This document shows, piece after piece, positions 34,173-43,988 of a stretch of 64,000 bases of DNA (positions are counted from its first letter, which is position 1; the number at the start of each line of letters is the position of its first letter). Both the position numbers and the translations under genes were made by a program. Under the pieces are notes generated by a model that was given only the letters and a program-made list of their open reading frames with translations, made no database searches and was not told where the DNA came from. Source of the DNA: Deinococcota bacterium. GTDB taxonomy: Bacteria > Deinococcota > Deinococci > Deinococcales > Thermaceae. The stretch is from positions 32,001-96,000 of the forward strand of contig JBGFRI010000004.1 of assembly GCA_041695225.1 (NCBI GenBank). The letters are read 5' to 3'.

Positions 34173-34595
34173 ATGGCCCTTCTGGTAGATAGCGGTATTC
34201 TGTTTGCGTACTACGACCGCAAAGACCGCTGGCACGCCGAATCCAGGCAACTACTGGATGCCGAAGAAAACCTGGTGCTCCCGGCTCCCATCCTTCCTGA
34301 GACCGACTACTTACTGGCCACTCGTGTGGGTAAGGGTGGTCAGCTCGCCTTGTATGATGACCTTGCCCTGGGAGTTTACAGGGTATCCGACCTAAGCCCT
34401 CTCGGCTATGGCCGGGTCTACGACCTCAACCAGCAGTACGCCGACCTGCGCCTGGGCTTTGTGGATGCTGCGGTAATTACCATTGCCGAGGAACTGGACA
34501 TTGGCCGCATCGCCACCACCGACCGACGGCACTTTGCTGTGGTCAAGGCTAAAATCCCCCTTATTTTGCTTCCTGAACTGCTCACCACACCGTAG
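34173..34595 (+). CDS. VapC PIN toxin
   Basis: LLVDSG, LPETDY, LGFVDA, TTDRRHF. Confidence 0.92.
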   Translation: MALLVDSGILFAYYDRKDRWHAESRQLLDAEENLVLPAPILPETDYLLATRVGKGGQLALYDDLALGVYRVSDLSPLGYGRVYDLNQQYADLRLGFVDAAVITIAEELDIGRIATTDRRHFAVVKAKIPLILLPELLTTP

Positions 34596-34974
34596 CCACT
34601 CCCAGGGTTTGAATTCTGGGGTCATCGGTAAGCAGCAGGGCCTGCTCAACCTGGGATTGGGCAGCCAAAATACGGTCAAAAGGGTCTTTATGTTCAGATG
34701 GAAAGCCTGGGGCCAAAACGCAGTGGACGCCTCGGATAAACAGCTCCTCGGCGCGGAACGTGCGCAGGTAGGTGGGGTAGTTGGCCAGAAAACTTTCACC
34801 TACTGCTAGCTTACCCAGGCGGGTTTTGACGGCAATTTCCCATAGCGAAGCACTACTTACTAGCCGGATATTTTCTGGATTCTGGATCAAGTCTCTGACC
34901 TTGGCGGACAGTTTGGCAGGCTGGTGCAGCGACCAGAGCAGGGTATGGGTGTCCAGCAGCAGCTTTATTGCCAC
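34582..34974 (-). CDS. VapC PIN toxin
   Basis: LLLDTHTLLW, SSASLWEI, HKDPFDRIL.AQ. Confidence 0.92.
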   Translation of the reverse strand: MAIKLLLDTHTLLWSLHQPAKLSAKVRDLIQNPENIRLVSSASLWEIAVKTRLGKLAVGESFLANYPTYLRTFRAEELFIRGVHCVLAPGFPSEHKDPFDRILAAQSQVEQALLLTDDPRIQTLGVATVW

Positions 34975-35192
34975 CCTTGTAACTCCTCCTCGGGCAAGGG
35001 TTCAAAAAAAGCCTCCTCAATTTCGCCTTGCAAGAAGCCCAGCGGCACTTTTTCCAGCTTTTCCAGAGGAACCAGCCTGGCATAGGGCTTGCCATACTTG
35101 GACAGGATAATCTCTTCCCCAGCATGGGCGCGCTCGAGCAGCTCCGATAAATGCGCTTTTGCTTTATGCACACTGATGGTTTTCACAAGCAT
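34965..35192 (-). CDS. Phd/YefM antitoxin
   Basis: AKAHLSELLERAHAGEEIILSKYGKP.ARLVP. Confidence 0.9.
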   Translation of the reverse strand: MLVKTISVHKAKAHLSELLERAHAGEEIILSKYGKPYARLVPLEKLEKVPLGFLQGEIEEAFFEPLPEEELQGWQ

Positions 35193-35280
35193 CAGTTTAC
35201 ATTAGTTGGTCAACTTGTTCTATCCAACATACACCTCACTGTACTATGCCAGTAAACTGTTTCTGCTCGGGTGCAGGATG

Positions 35281-35408
35281 ATCCCCCTTACCCCCGACGA
35301 TCCCCCCAACCCCCTTTAGCAAGAGGGCTGAAAGAGCCCCGTAGCAAGGGAGGTTTCTATGAGCTGCGTGCACTCGTGGCCACGAAACGGAAGGGAGTTT
35401 CCTGGTAG
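35281..35408. repeat. Family C palindromic element
   Basis: Reverse-complement match to 59321-59460. Confidence 0.85.
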
Positions 35409-35569
35409 ACATACTCGTGCACGGCCTGGTCTGGGCATAGAGAGACAATGCCCCACGAGGGAGGGGAGGTGAGACTCCTATCCTCCTGGCAAACGTCCAA
35501 TCCGCACAAGAGCCCGAAGAGCCTTTTTACTTCACCGATCTAATGGGTCTGGCACCCAGGTGCTTCGAC

Positions 35570-36643
35570 CTACAGACCCACAAACCGCCCGTTCTCCTGC
35601 AACACCTGGCCATCGGCCAGAACCCTTCCCCCCTGGCGCAGATCCAGAATCAGATCCCAGTGTATGGAGGAGTGATTGGTTCCGCCGGTCTCGGCGTAGC
35701 TTTGCCCCAGAGCCAGATGCACCGTACCGCCGATTTTTTCGTCGTAAAGGATCAGGCCGGTAGGACGGTTGATGCCAAAGTTGGTACCGATGCCTAGCTC
35801 GCCCAAGTAGCGTGCTCCTGGGTCGGCCTCGAGCATCCTGGTCAGGTACTCCTCGCCTACCTGGGCGCTTGCCTCCACCACCCGACCCTGGTGAAAGAAG
35901 AGGCGCACCCCTGCCACCCGTTGCCCCGAGACCACCGCCGGCAGGTTGAAGCAGACCTCCCCTTCGGCAGAAGACTCGATAGGGCCGGTAAAAACCTCGC
36001 CCGAGGGCATGTTGCGCCTGCCGTCGGAATTAATCCAGGTGCGCCCTTCTACCAAAAGCCGCAGGTCGGTTCTATCGGCCTGGATGCGAATTTCTTTTAC
36101 CTTTTGCAGGCGCTGGATCAGGCTGGCCTGGAAGGCAGACAGCTCACGCCAGGCGGCCGTCGGGTCGGGGCGATCGAGGTACAGGGCCCGTTCCACAAAA
36201 GCCCGAAAGGCTGCAGTGGGCATTCCGGCTTGCTGGGCATAGCCTGCGGTGGGATAAAGGGTCAGGCACCACCGCTTGCTCATGCGCTTTTGCAGGTAGG
36301 GCCGCCATCCGGTGCGGTACTGGGCTATGCGAGCCGGAGGGACATCGCTTAGCTCGAGCGGGTTTTGGGCGCTCTCGATACGCAGGCTGGCATCGCATTG
36401 TTCGAGCAGCTGCATCTGGGCCGCCGGGACCTTATCTAACCACCCACCCCCGCTTAGAAAAAAGGGTCTAAAGACCGATGCTGGAAAAAGCTGGACGATG
36501 GGATAGGCGCCGCGCTCTAAAACCGCCGGGTATAGCGCTTCAAGCAGCGACATGGCAGCGGGCTCGGCCTCGATCAGGACAGTCTGTCCGAGCTGCAGAT
36601 CCAGGCAGTAGTCGGTAAGCAAGTTGGCGAAACGGGTCTCCAT
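35570..36643 (-). CDS. Aminopeptidase, M29 family
   Basis: NMPSGEVF, LGELGIG, LYDEKIGGTVHLALG, SSIHWDL. Confidence 0.95.
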   Translation of the reverse strand: METRFANLLTDYCLDLQLGQTVLIEAEPAAMSLLEALYPAVLERGAYPIVQLFPASVFRPFFLSGGGWLDKVPAAQMQLLEQCDASLRIESAQNPLELSDVPPARIAQYRTGWRPYLQKRMSKRWCLTLYPTAGYAQQAGMPTAAFRAFVERALYLDRPDPTAAWRELSAFQASLIQRLQKVKEIRIQADRTDLRLLVEGRTWINSDGRRNMPSGEVFTGPIESSAEGEVCFNLPAVVSGQRVAGVRLFFHQGRVVEASAQVGEEYLTRMLEADPGARYLGELGIGTNFGINRPTGLILYDEKIGGTVHLALGQSYAETGGTNHSSIHWDLILDLRQGGRVLADGQVLQENGRFVGL

Positions 36644-36812
36644 ATCCCCAGTTATACCTGTCCGGCAAGCAGCCGGCGATCCCAGAGCAGCCCTGAGCGC
36701 AGCCCAGAACGCTCAGATCAGGCGATCATGACAGGATATTTGACCGATCAGGTTCGTTTGCACAGGCATTTGCCCGCTAAATTCGTAACTTCTGCGCTAT
36801 GATGTAGAAAGC

Positions 36813-38165
36813 ATGAGCGAAATCAAAATAACCCCGCTGGCCCGTCGTCTGGCGGAAGAAAACGGCATAGATTGGCGGCAAATTAGAGGCACTGGCCCCG
36901 ATGGCACCGTGGTCGAACGGGATATTTTGGCCTTCCTGGCCAGGGTAATGGCTGGTGAGGTCAACCTGCCCCCAGTTCCAGAGGACGTGGCCCCTCAGAC
37001 TGGCTCCGTCCCCAATCTGGCCCAGGCCCAGGCGGCCTTACAGAAGGAGGGGGTAGAGCTTGGCGACCTGATGCCGCCAGCCCCGGCTACCACCCCGCCC
37101 GCACCCACTACCACCCCGCCCGCACCGCCCCCCCAGTCGGCTGCTCCCTCCGTGGACGACCTCGAGTTCGACCTCGACCTCGACCTCGACGCCCCGACCT
37201 CGCCTTTGGCGCCAGCAGTCTTCGAGGAGGCGCCATCGCTGGTACCCGAGCCGTCCCTGGTCTCAGACTTCGAAGAGCCCGAGCCGCTGGCTGCCAGCAA
37301 ACCCCTTCCCACGCTTCAGTGGGAAGATCCGGAGCCTGTTTCCAGCCCTCCAGCCTCTGCCGGGCCCTGGTCGGGAGTTGATCCCGAGCTGGCAGCCCTA
37401 CCACCCCTGCCCAGCGAGACCGACCTCGAGCCTGTCAGCAGCGCTCCCAAGCTGATCTGGGAAACCCAGGAGGTTGTGGTCGCGCCCGAGGTCCCACCCG
37501 CTACAGCCAGTCCGTTGCAGGCCGGAATGAGCTTTACCAACATCCCCAACCCTACCCCTGCCGGCCCGGTAGCCTCACCCGCTCCTGAAGCCGCGGCAGA
37601 GACCCCGCCCGCTCCACCGGCAGAGCAGCAGACGCCGCCCGAACCGACGGGTACCCCCCTACCCATCCCCACGGCGCTGGCTGCCTCCCCTGCGGTGAAA
37701 GCAGTGCGGGTACAGGCCTGGCAGCGCCTGGTCGAGATTGGCCCCGCGCAAGACGCTGCCCAGGCCCTGAGCGAGGCCTGGCGGGTCGAGGTTGGGCTAT
37801 ACCCCTTGCTATACCGCGCGGTGGACAAAGCCCTGGCCGACACCCAGACCCCTCTGCGCGCCACCAAGGGCAGCCTCGAGGGCGACCAGCTACAAAGCCT
37901 GCGGGTCACCCCCGCCCAGTCGCTACGCGGCGCGCTCGACTCCCTCGGCATGGCTTCCGAGCCCGGCGAGGGCCTAACGGTGCTCTCGCTGGTAGATACT
38001 CATTTCGATCAGGTGATTTTTCCCGGCACACCCACCCTCACCCTGGGCCGGGCCAGTGGTGGCCATGCCCTGCTCTCACTTTCGGGCCAGATGGAGTCTG
38101 ACCAGGCCGGAAAACTCCTTGAGCGCATCGCCTACTACCTCGAGCGCCCCATCCTGCTGGCCTAG
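36813..38165 (+). CDS. E3-binding domain protein with long Pro/acidic linker and degenerate 2-oxoacid dehydrogenase-like C-terminus
   Basis: ITPLARRLAEENGID..GTGPDG..ERDI; ends YYLERPILL. Confidence 0.8.
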   Translation: MSEIKITPLARRLAEENGIDWRQIRGTGPDGTVVERDILAFLARVMAGEVNLPPVPEDVAPQTGSVPNLAQAQAALQKEGVELGDLMPPAPATTPPAPTTTPPAPPPQSAAPSVDDLEFDLDLDLDAPTSPLAPAVFEEAPSLVPEPSLVSDFEEPEPLAASKPLPTLQWEDPEPVSSPPASAGPWSGVDPELAALPPLPSETDLEPVSSAPKLIWETQEVVVAPEVPPATASPLQAGMSFTNIPNPTPAGPVASPAPEAAAETPPAPPAEQQTPPEPTGTPLPIPTALAASPAVKAVRVQAWQRLVEIGPAQDAAQALSEAWRVEVGLYPLLYRAVDKALADTQTPLRATKGSLEGDQLQSLRVTPAQSLRGALDSLGMASEPGEGLTVLSLVDTHFDQVIFPGTPTLTLGRASGGHALLSLSGQMESDQAGKLLERIAYYLERPILLA

Positions 38166-38231
38166 GTTTTTTGCGCTTAACTTCGCTTAAGACAGGACTT
38201 ACATACCTCGGGCCTGTAGTACCCTCGAGGC

Positions 38232-38735
38232 ATGAAACCCCTCGCCTTGCTGGCTCTCCTGGCAGGTCTTGTCATAACCCTTTCTAGCTGCGTAATTGTT
38301 GCGCCCCCAGCCTTCCGTTTCGACAGCAACTGGCAGCGCACCACCGACGGCGCTTGGGTTTTCTGCAGCAACCGGTATACGGTGATGCGCTACAGCTTTC
38401 CTGGCCCGGCCGATATATCTTGGATTCATAGTGTCACCGAGGTATACCACGGCTACGCCAGTAGTAACACCGTGCGTTGGGATCGCCCAAGAACACATCT
38501 GACTCGAGTTGCAGGCCGCTGGGAAGTTACTGTGTTGATCCGTGATGGTAGTCGTATGCTCGTACCGCAGCACCTGCCCCCAGACGTCGAACAGCAGACC
38601 ATAGTGGTGACCCCCATTGCCCCCCCTTTTCCTGCCCTAGTAGGGACCACCATGGTCACGGTAATGGTCAAAATGACCGATGGCAGAAGTATCTCCGGTT
38701 CGTATCCCTTCGATGTCTACGCTCACTGTCCGTAA
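38232..38735 (+). CDS. Hypothetical lipoprotein
   Basis: Signal peptide with LSSC lipobox; TACCCT-N6-ATG. Confidence 0.75.
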   Translation: MKPLALLALLAGLVITLSSCVIVAPPAFRFDSNWQRTTDGAWVFCSNRYTVMRYSFPGPADISWIHSVTEVYHGYASSNTVRWDRPRTHLTRVAGRWEVTVLIRDGSRMLVPQHLPPDVEQQTIVVTPIAPPFPALVGTTMVTVMVKMTDGRSISGSYPFDVYAHCP

Positions 38736-38742
38736 ATAGGAG

Positions 38743-39114
38743 TTGAATCCGATGCTTCGCACCTTTTTACTTCTGCTGCTGACGCTGGTCCTGTCGTCTT
38801 GTGTTCTGCTGGTCGAAGACGATGACCGGATACGCGTCCAGCCGGTTATCCCGGTCATCCCGGTGGAGCTGGGCATTGTGACCCCTGGGCCGGGAACCTT
38901 CACCTACCGGTGCATTGGGGGTACGCTGGTAGTGAATTATGTAGATAGCCATAGCCTGCGCCTGTTTTACGACGGCGCCTGGCGGGGCCTGGGTGTGGTG
39001 CGCCGTAGCCCAACGCTGCTGTTTAGCGGAGGGGTTTATACCTGGGAGTGGACCGGAATCCGGGGCACCCTTTGGGTGAGGGGCCGGGTGGTGCTGAGCC
39101 ACTGCACCCTGTAA
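38743..39114 (+). CDS. Lipoprotein with MliC/PliC-like domain
   Basis: LSSC lipobox; FTYRC..LVVNY..YTWEW..C. Confidence 0.65.
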   Translation: MNPMLRTFLLLLLTLVLSSCVLLVEDDDRIRVQPVIPVIPVELGIVTPGPGTFTYRCIGGTLVVNYVDSHSLRLFYDGAWRGLGVVRRSPTLLFSGGVYTWEWTGIRGTLWVRGRVVLSHCTL

Positions 39115-39136
39115 ACACCCCGGTAGTGGAGAGTGT

Positions 39137-40462
39137 ATGAAAAAGATTGTCGGCTTACTGGGTCTGGCCCTGGTCTCGTCGGCCCTGGCCCAGCACCTGC
39201 GACCCCAGAGCATTATTGTCAACCCCACGCCCCCGCCAGACCTGGTGGTGCGGGTCTGGGTAGACAAAGACCCTGCCAATACCGGCAACCCGGTCTACCG
39301 GTTTGGCGAAAACATGCAGATCTCGGTTCAGGTGACCCAGCAGGCCTACGTCTACCTGTTTAGCGTGGGGGCTACCGGCCAGATTGAGCCTATCCTGCCC
39401 AACCCCTTCGAGCCAGTTAACCTGTTGCGGGCCGGCGAGGTTCGCACCTTCCCCGGCCCCGGGGCAGGCTACACCTTTACCGTTCAGCCCCCTCCCGGCC
39501 AGGCCCGGGTGCTGGCCGTGGCCAGCCGCCGGCCCCTTGATGTATCGGAGATTATCAACATCCAGACCGGCGAGGCCCGCATCAAGGGCGAGGAAGACCT
39601 GGCCCGCGCGCTCTCGATTGTGGTCAGGCCCATTCCCACCCACGACTGGGCGACCGACGAGGCCTTTTACATTGCCGGGCACTGGGTGCCACCCCCCACA
39701 GGAACCCTTTTGCTGCACAGCATTCCGGCTGGGGCCCAGGTCTGGATTGGCGGGGCTTTGGTGGGGCATACCCCGCTTACCCTCGAGCTCAGTCCGGGCG
39801 CCTATCACCTCGAGCTTCGCCTTAGTGGCTTCCATACCCTTCGCACCAGCTTTAGCATCCGGGCCAGCGAGGTCACCCGGCTAAACCTGCCGCTCATTGC
39901 CCTGCCCCCACCCACTGGGGTGCTGCTGGTGGAGAGCTGGTGGCCCCCGAGTGTCCAGGTGTGGTTGGATGGTCGGCTGGTGGGCCATACCCCGCTCAGC
40001 ATCAGTCTGTCGCCCGGCTTTTACACCGTAGAGCTGCGCCAGCCCGGCTTCCACTCCTTCCGTACCCGCGTGGCTATTCACGCAGGTCGCACCTCGCGGG
40101 TTAGCACCAGCCTGGTGGCCCTTCCTCCCCCACCCCCGGTACGCCCGGTTCCTCCACCGCCAGTACGTCCGGTACCCCCGCCCCCGGTTCGGCCGGTACC
40201 TCCCCCGGTTCACCCCGTGCCGCCGGTTCGCCCGGTTCCCACCGGTACCTTCACCTATACTTGCGAGGGCGGCACGCTGGTGGTCAACTACATCAGCCCC
40301 AGCCAGGTGCGGGTTTTTTACGATGGGGCCTTCCACACCCTGACCCTGGTTCGCAGCGCCCCCGAGCTGGTCTTCACCGACCACATCTTTACCTGGGAGC
40401 GCGGCCGGTTTGGGCGGCTCTTGGTGCGGGGGCAGGTGGTCTTGTTCAACTGCAGAATCTGA
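39137..40462 (+). CDS. Secreted DUF4384 + two PEGA + Pro-rich + MliC-like domain protein
   Basis: Signal peptide, VRVWVDK..Y..GE, S.P.GA.V.I.G..VG.TPL repeats, PPPVRPV repeats. Confidence 0.85.
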   Translation: MKKIVGLLGLALVSSALAQHLRPQSIIVNPTPPPDLVVRVWVDKDPANTGNPVYRFGENMQISVQVTQQAYVYLFSVGATGQIEPILPNPFEPVNLLRAGEVRTFPGPGAGYTFTVQPPPGQARVLAVASRRPLDVSEIINIQTGEARIKGEEDLARALSIVVRPIPTHDWATDEAFYIAGHWVPPPTGTLLLHSIPAGAQVWIGGALVGHTPLTLELSPGAYHLELRLSGFHTLRTSFSIRASEVTRLNLPLIALPPPTGVLLVESWWPPSVQVWLDGRLVGHTPLSISLSPGFYTVELRQPGFHSFRTRVAIHAGRTSRVSTSLVALPPPPPVRPVPPPPVRPVPPPPVRPVPPPVHPVPPVRPVPTGTFTYTCEGGTLVVNYISPSQVRVFYDGAFHTLTLVRSAPELVFTDHIFTWERGRFGRLLVRGQVVLFNCRI

Positions 40463-40881
40463 ACTCGAGGCTTCCGGCCTCTCTAGTCTGAAGTTCCCAA
40501 CGCTGGACAAAGAGTTTCTGCTGTCTTAAAAATGGTTATATCCCTCTTTTGCCCGGCCATCTTCCTGGGCAGGTCCTTCTACCCTTGACCCTCGACTATC
40601 TGCCATTCACCCTAGACCCTCTGCCCTCGACTCTCGACCCTTCTGTACCCAGAGGGCCTCTCCCCGTCTAAAGGCACAGGCGTTGTAACAGAAGAGTGGC
40701 GGTGATGCGCGGAAGATGCAACCTCTACTACATGAGTACCTTCATGCGCCGTTCAGAACTGACATTACCAGTCCCAGTGTTAACATTATCTACTTTCATC
40801 ACCAGGAACTTCTTCAGTCTAGACTGCCGTGGCTTGCGAGTGGGACCTGTAGCCCCGCGCGGGGCTACAGGTCGGGTTTGC

Positions 40882-41232
40882 TCAGGAGACCGGGGTTACG
40901 GCAGCCGCATCCTCCTCGCCGGTGCGGATGCGGTAGACCTTTTCCACCGGCAGGACAAAAATTTTGCCGTCCCCCACTTCCCCGGTACGTGCGCCGGCCA
41001 AAATGGCCCGCACCGTAGGCTCGACAAAGCGATCGGAGACCCCGATCTCGAGGCGCACTTTTTCCGTCAGCTCCATCTTGACCGTGACACCCCGGTAGGT
41101 CTCGACCCGCTCGGTCTCGCCCCCGTGGCCCTGCACCCGGCTTATAGAAAGGCCCCGCACCTCGGCCTTGAACAGCGCCTCCAACACGTCACCCAGCTTT
41201 TCACTGCGAATGATTGCCACAATCAGTTTCAC
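40882..41232 (-). CDS. glnK: Nitrogen regulatory protein P-II (GlnK-type by its position next to amtB)
   Basis: VAIIR, ETYRG, ARTGEVGDGKIFV. Confidence 0.92.
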   Translation of the reverse strand: MKLIVAIIRSEKLGDVLEALFKAEVRGLSISRVQGHGGETERVETYRGVTVKMELTEKVRLEIGVSDRFVEPTVRAILAGARTGEVGDGKIFVLPVEKVYRIRTGEEDAAAVTPVS

Positions 41233-41242
41233 ACTGCCCTCC

Positions 41243-42604
41243 TTAGTCGGTGCCAGCTACAGGCTTGCGTCCTGCGGGGGGAGGGGCAGCCTCGGAGTTG
41301 ACCAGGATTGCGCCCTCGCCGCTGGAGTATGCCCCCTCGCCGTGCTGGGTTGCGTCCATCCCAAGCCCCTCTTCCTTTGCGCTTGCCTTTAGCGGGGTCA
41401 GGGCGCCCACTAACTTGAGCAGTACAAACGTAACCACCCCGCTGTAGGCCATCACCACCACCACCTTTGCCAGCTGAAACAAAACCTGCTCGGGGTGGCC
41501 AGCAATTAAGCCATCGAAGTAGCCATTGAGCGCTTTCTGGGCAAAAACTCCGGTGAAGATGGCCCCAACCAGGCCGGCCACTCCATGTATCGCAAACACG
41601 TCCAGGGAGTCATCAACCCCACTCCTGGCCCGCCATTGCAGGGCGTAATAGCTGGGCAGGGCCCCCAGCGCGCCCATAACCAGGGCAAAGGTAGGTGATA
41701 CGTAGGCTGCTGCCGGGGTTATCACTACCAGACCCACCACGATAGCGGTCGCCAGGCCAACCGGGGTAATTTTGCCGGTGCGCAGTAGGTCGGTCAGAAA
41801 CCAGACCACTACCGCAGCCGCCGGGGCCAGAATGGTATTGGCCAGGGCCAGGGCCGCACTCGGGCTAGCCGCCCAGGCGCTGCCAGCATTAAAGCCAAAC
41901 CAGCCGAACCAGAGCAGCGCCGCGCCCAGCAGCACAAAGGGCACGTTGTGAGGCAGGATGGCCTGGCGCCCATAGTCCTTACGAACACCCAGCACCAGTG
42001 CGGCAACCAGGGCTGCAACCCCAGCATTGATGTGCACCACCGTTCCACCGGCAAAGTCCCAGGCGCCCAGGTCGGCCAGAAACCCCCCACCCCAGACCCA
42101 TTTGGCCACCGGGGCGTAAACTGCCAGGCTCCACAGGGTAATGAAGAGCAGGAAGGCCGGGAAGCGCATCCGCTCCACCACCGCACCGGCAATTAGCGCC
42201 GCGGTAATGATGGCAAAAGTACCCTGAAAGACCATCCAGAGCAGGTGGGGGAAGGTGATGCCGACAATGGCCCCGGTAATATCCAGGCCCACGTTGCTGA
42301 GCAAGAAAAAGCGCAGGTCGCCGATAAAGTTGCCCTCTCCCGACAGAGCCAGGGTATAACCCAGCAATGCCCAGGCCACGGCCACAAAACCCAGCGCCGA
42401 GAAGCTCATCATCATGGTGTTGAGGGCATTTTTGGAGCGCACCAGCCCACCATAAAAGAACGCCAGGGCCGGCGTCATCAGCAGCACCAGTGCTGTAGCA
42501 AGCATCATCCAGGCCGTATCCGCAGCGCTAAATACCGGTTCCTGGGCAAACGCCAGATTCGCCAACCCGATAAGCAGAACCCCTAAAGAGACATTTTTCA
42601 TCAA
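41243..42604 (-). CDS. amtB: Ammonium transporter
   Basis: DFAGGTVVH, WFGWFGFNAGS, DDSLDVFAIHG. Confidence 0.97.
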   Translation of the reverse strand: MMKNVSLGVLLIGLANLAFAQEPVFSAADTAWMMLATALVLLMTPALAFFYGGLVRSKNALNTMMMSFSALGFVAVAWALLGYTLALSGEGNFIGDLRFFLLSNVGLDITGAIVGITFPHLLWMVFQGTFAIITAALIAGAVVERMRFPAFLLFITLWSLAVYAPVAKWVWGGGFLADLGAWDFAGGTVVHINAGVAALVAALVLGVRKDYGRQAILPHNVPFVLLGAALLWFGWFGFNAGSAWAASPSAALALANTILAPAAAVVVWFLTDLLRTGKITPVGLATAIVVGLVVITPAAAYVSPTFALVMGALGALPSYYALQWRARSGVDDSLDVFAIHGVAGLVGAIFTGVFAQKALNGYFDGLIAGHPEQVLFQLAKVVVVMAYSGVVTFVLLKLVGALTPLKASAKEEGLGMDATQHGEGAYSSGEGAILVNSEAAPPPAGRKPVAGTD

Positions 42605-42624
42605 CCCTTCACCTCCTGGGCAAG

Positions 42625-42653
42625 AGATTACCGGAGTGGTTGCATATTGTCAA
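42625..42653 (-). promoter_or_regulatory. sigmaA promoter of amtB-glnK
   Basis: TTGACA-17-TAATCT then AGGAGG. Confidence 0.75.
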
Positions 42654-42853
42654 CTCAAATTGTGACATATGTTCATAAAGGTGCTCACATAATGCCATAT
42701 ACGTCCGTATTATGAGACATGCTGCGGCTAAATATTTACCGGATGTCATTCGAAGAGCACACACGCAGTTGTGACTGGCTGCCTGGCCAGACCAGACAAT
42801 GCAACCCGCAATACCACAGATGGCTGCTTTGGTTCTAAACTGGAAAATGGATC

Positions 42854-43759
42854 ATGACCGAGCGGCAACGGCGTATTCTGCAACTGCTGGTGGATGGGTA
42901 TATCCAGACCCAGACCCCGGTACCTTCTGGGGTGCTGGCCGAGCAGTTGTCGTTATCACCTGCCACGGTGCGCTACGAGTTGATTGAGCTTGAGCGCCAG
43001 GGCCTGATCAGCAAACCCCACACCTCGGCGGGCCGCATCCCCACCCGCACCGGGTTCCGGCATTATGCGCTTTCCAAGCTACCTCCCAATCCGCTGCCCG
43101 AGGCCATCCTGAGCAAACTGGCCCAGGTGCTCGAAGGCGCGGGCCCCCGGCGTGAGCTGCTACTGGTACAGGTAGCCTCTAAGCTCTCGGGCTATCCGGC
43201 CATACTACGCCTCAAACCCCAGCGCACACCCCGACTGTTGCAGGTGCACCTCTCCAACCTGACGCCAGGCAAGGTACTGGCGGTAGCAGTCTTGGAGGGC
43301 GGGCGGGTGCGCGAGGCCCGAATTGATCTGTCCTTTACCCCCACCGAGGCCCAGCTTGCCGAGGCCGAGCAACGCCTGTTCAAAGCTATTCAACCAGTGA
43401 AAGCCAGCACGCCGGCCATGATGGAGCTTTACGAGTCCATCGGGCGGGCCTTTGTACAGGCTAGCCCGGAGGAGTACCGCGAGGGGGTGGGCCTGCTGCT
43501 GGGCGAGCCGGAGGCGCAAAACCCCTTGTTTTTGCGCCAGGCCATTGCGGTATTTGAATCTCCTAGCGATGCCACCCTCACCCCCCCTGGGGGCGTGAAC
43601 GTGCGGGTGGGCGAAGACGAAGGCCTCTCACTGGTGCAGGCGGGAATCAGGATTAACGACCAGGTGGGCGAACTCTCACTGCTGGGTCCGGTGCGCATGC
43701 GCTACGAAAAGGCCCTGTCGGTGGCATACGCCATGGGCCAGGTCTACATGGGGAAATAG
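42854..43759 (+). CDS. hrcA: Heat-inducible transcription repressor
   Basis: TERQRRIL, SPATVR, PHTSAGRIPT, GPVRMRY. Confidence 0.95.
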   Translation: MTERQRRILQLLVDGYIQTQTPVPSGVLAEQLSLSPATVRYELIELERQGLISKPHTSAGRIPTRTGFRHYALSKLPPNPLPEAILSKLAQVLEGAGPRRELLLVQVASKLSGYPAILRLKPQRTPRLLQVHLSNLTPGKVLAVAVLEGGRVREARIDLSFTPTEAQLAEAEQRLFKAIQPVKASTPAMMELYESIGRAFVQASPEEYREGVGLLLGEPEAQNPLFLRQAIAVFESPSDATLTPPGGVNVRVGEDEGLSLVQAGIRINDQVGELSLLGPVRMRYEKALSVAYAMGQVYMGK

Positions 43760-43789
43760 CCGCAGTATCGCGCAAGTCTCAGTCTTTTT

Positions 43790-43906
43790 GGCTTGCGACC
43801 TGCGACATTCTATGATATGGCCGATAGCCAATAGCTGATAGCCGATAGCTTTTGACCTTCGACCTTCGACCTTTGGCCCTCGACCTGCGACCTGCGACCT
43901 GTGACA
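43790..43906. repeat. Heptamer tandem repeats
   Basis: GATAGCC, GACCTTC, GACCTGC units. Confidence 0.85.
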
Positions 43907-43988
43907 TCTTTTAGGGCTGGGGTGGTCTGGTCTGAGATCGGGTTTTTGGCCCTAGACACCTGACCTTTCACCGTGCAGAATCATTCTT

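Noticed and set aside
40682..40722. GTTGTAAC..GATGCAAC resembling a CRISPR repeat
   Set aside because: Single copy, no spacers, no cas genes
42660..42850. CIRCE operator before hrcA
   Set aside because: TTAGCACTC-N9-GAGTGCTAA is not present; nearby TGTGA-like boxes are too weak to assign
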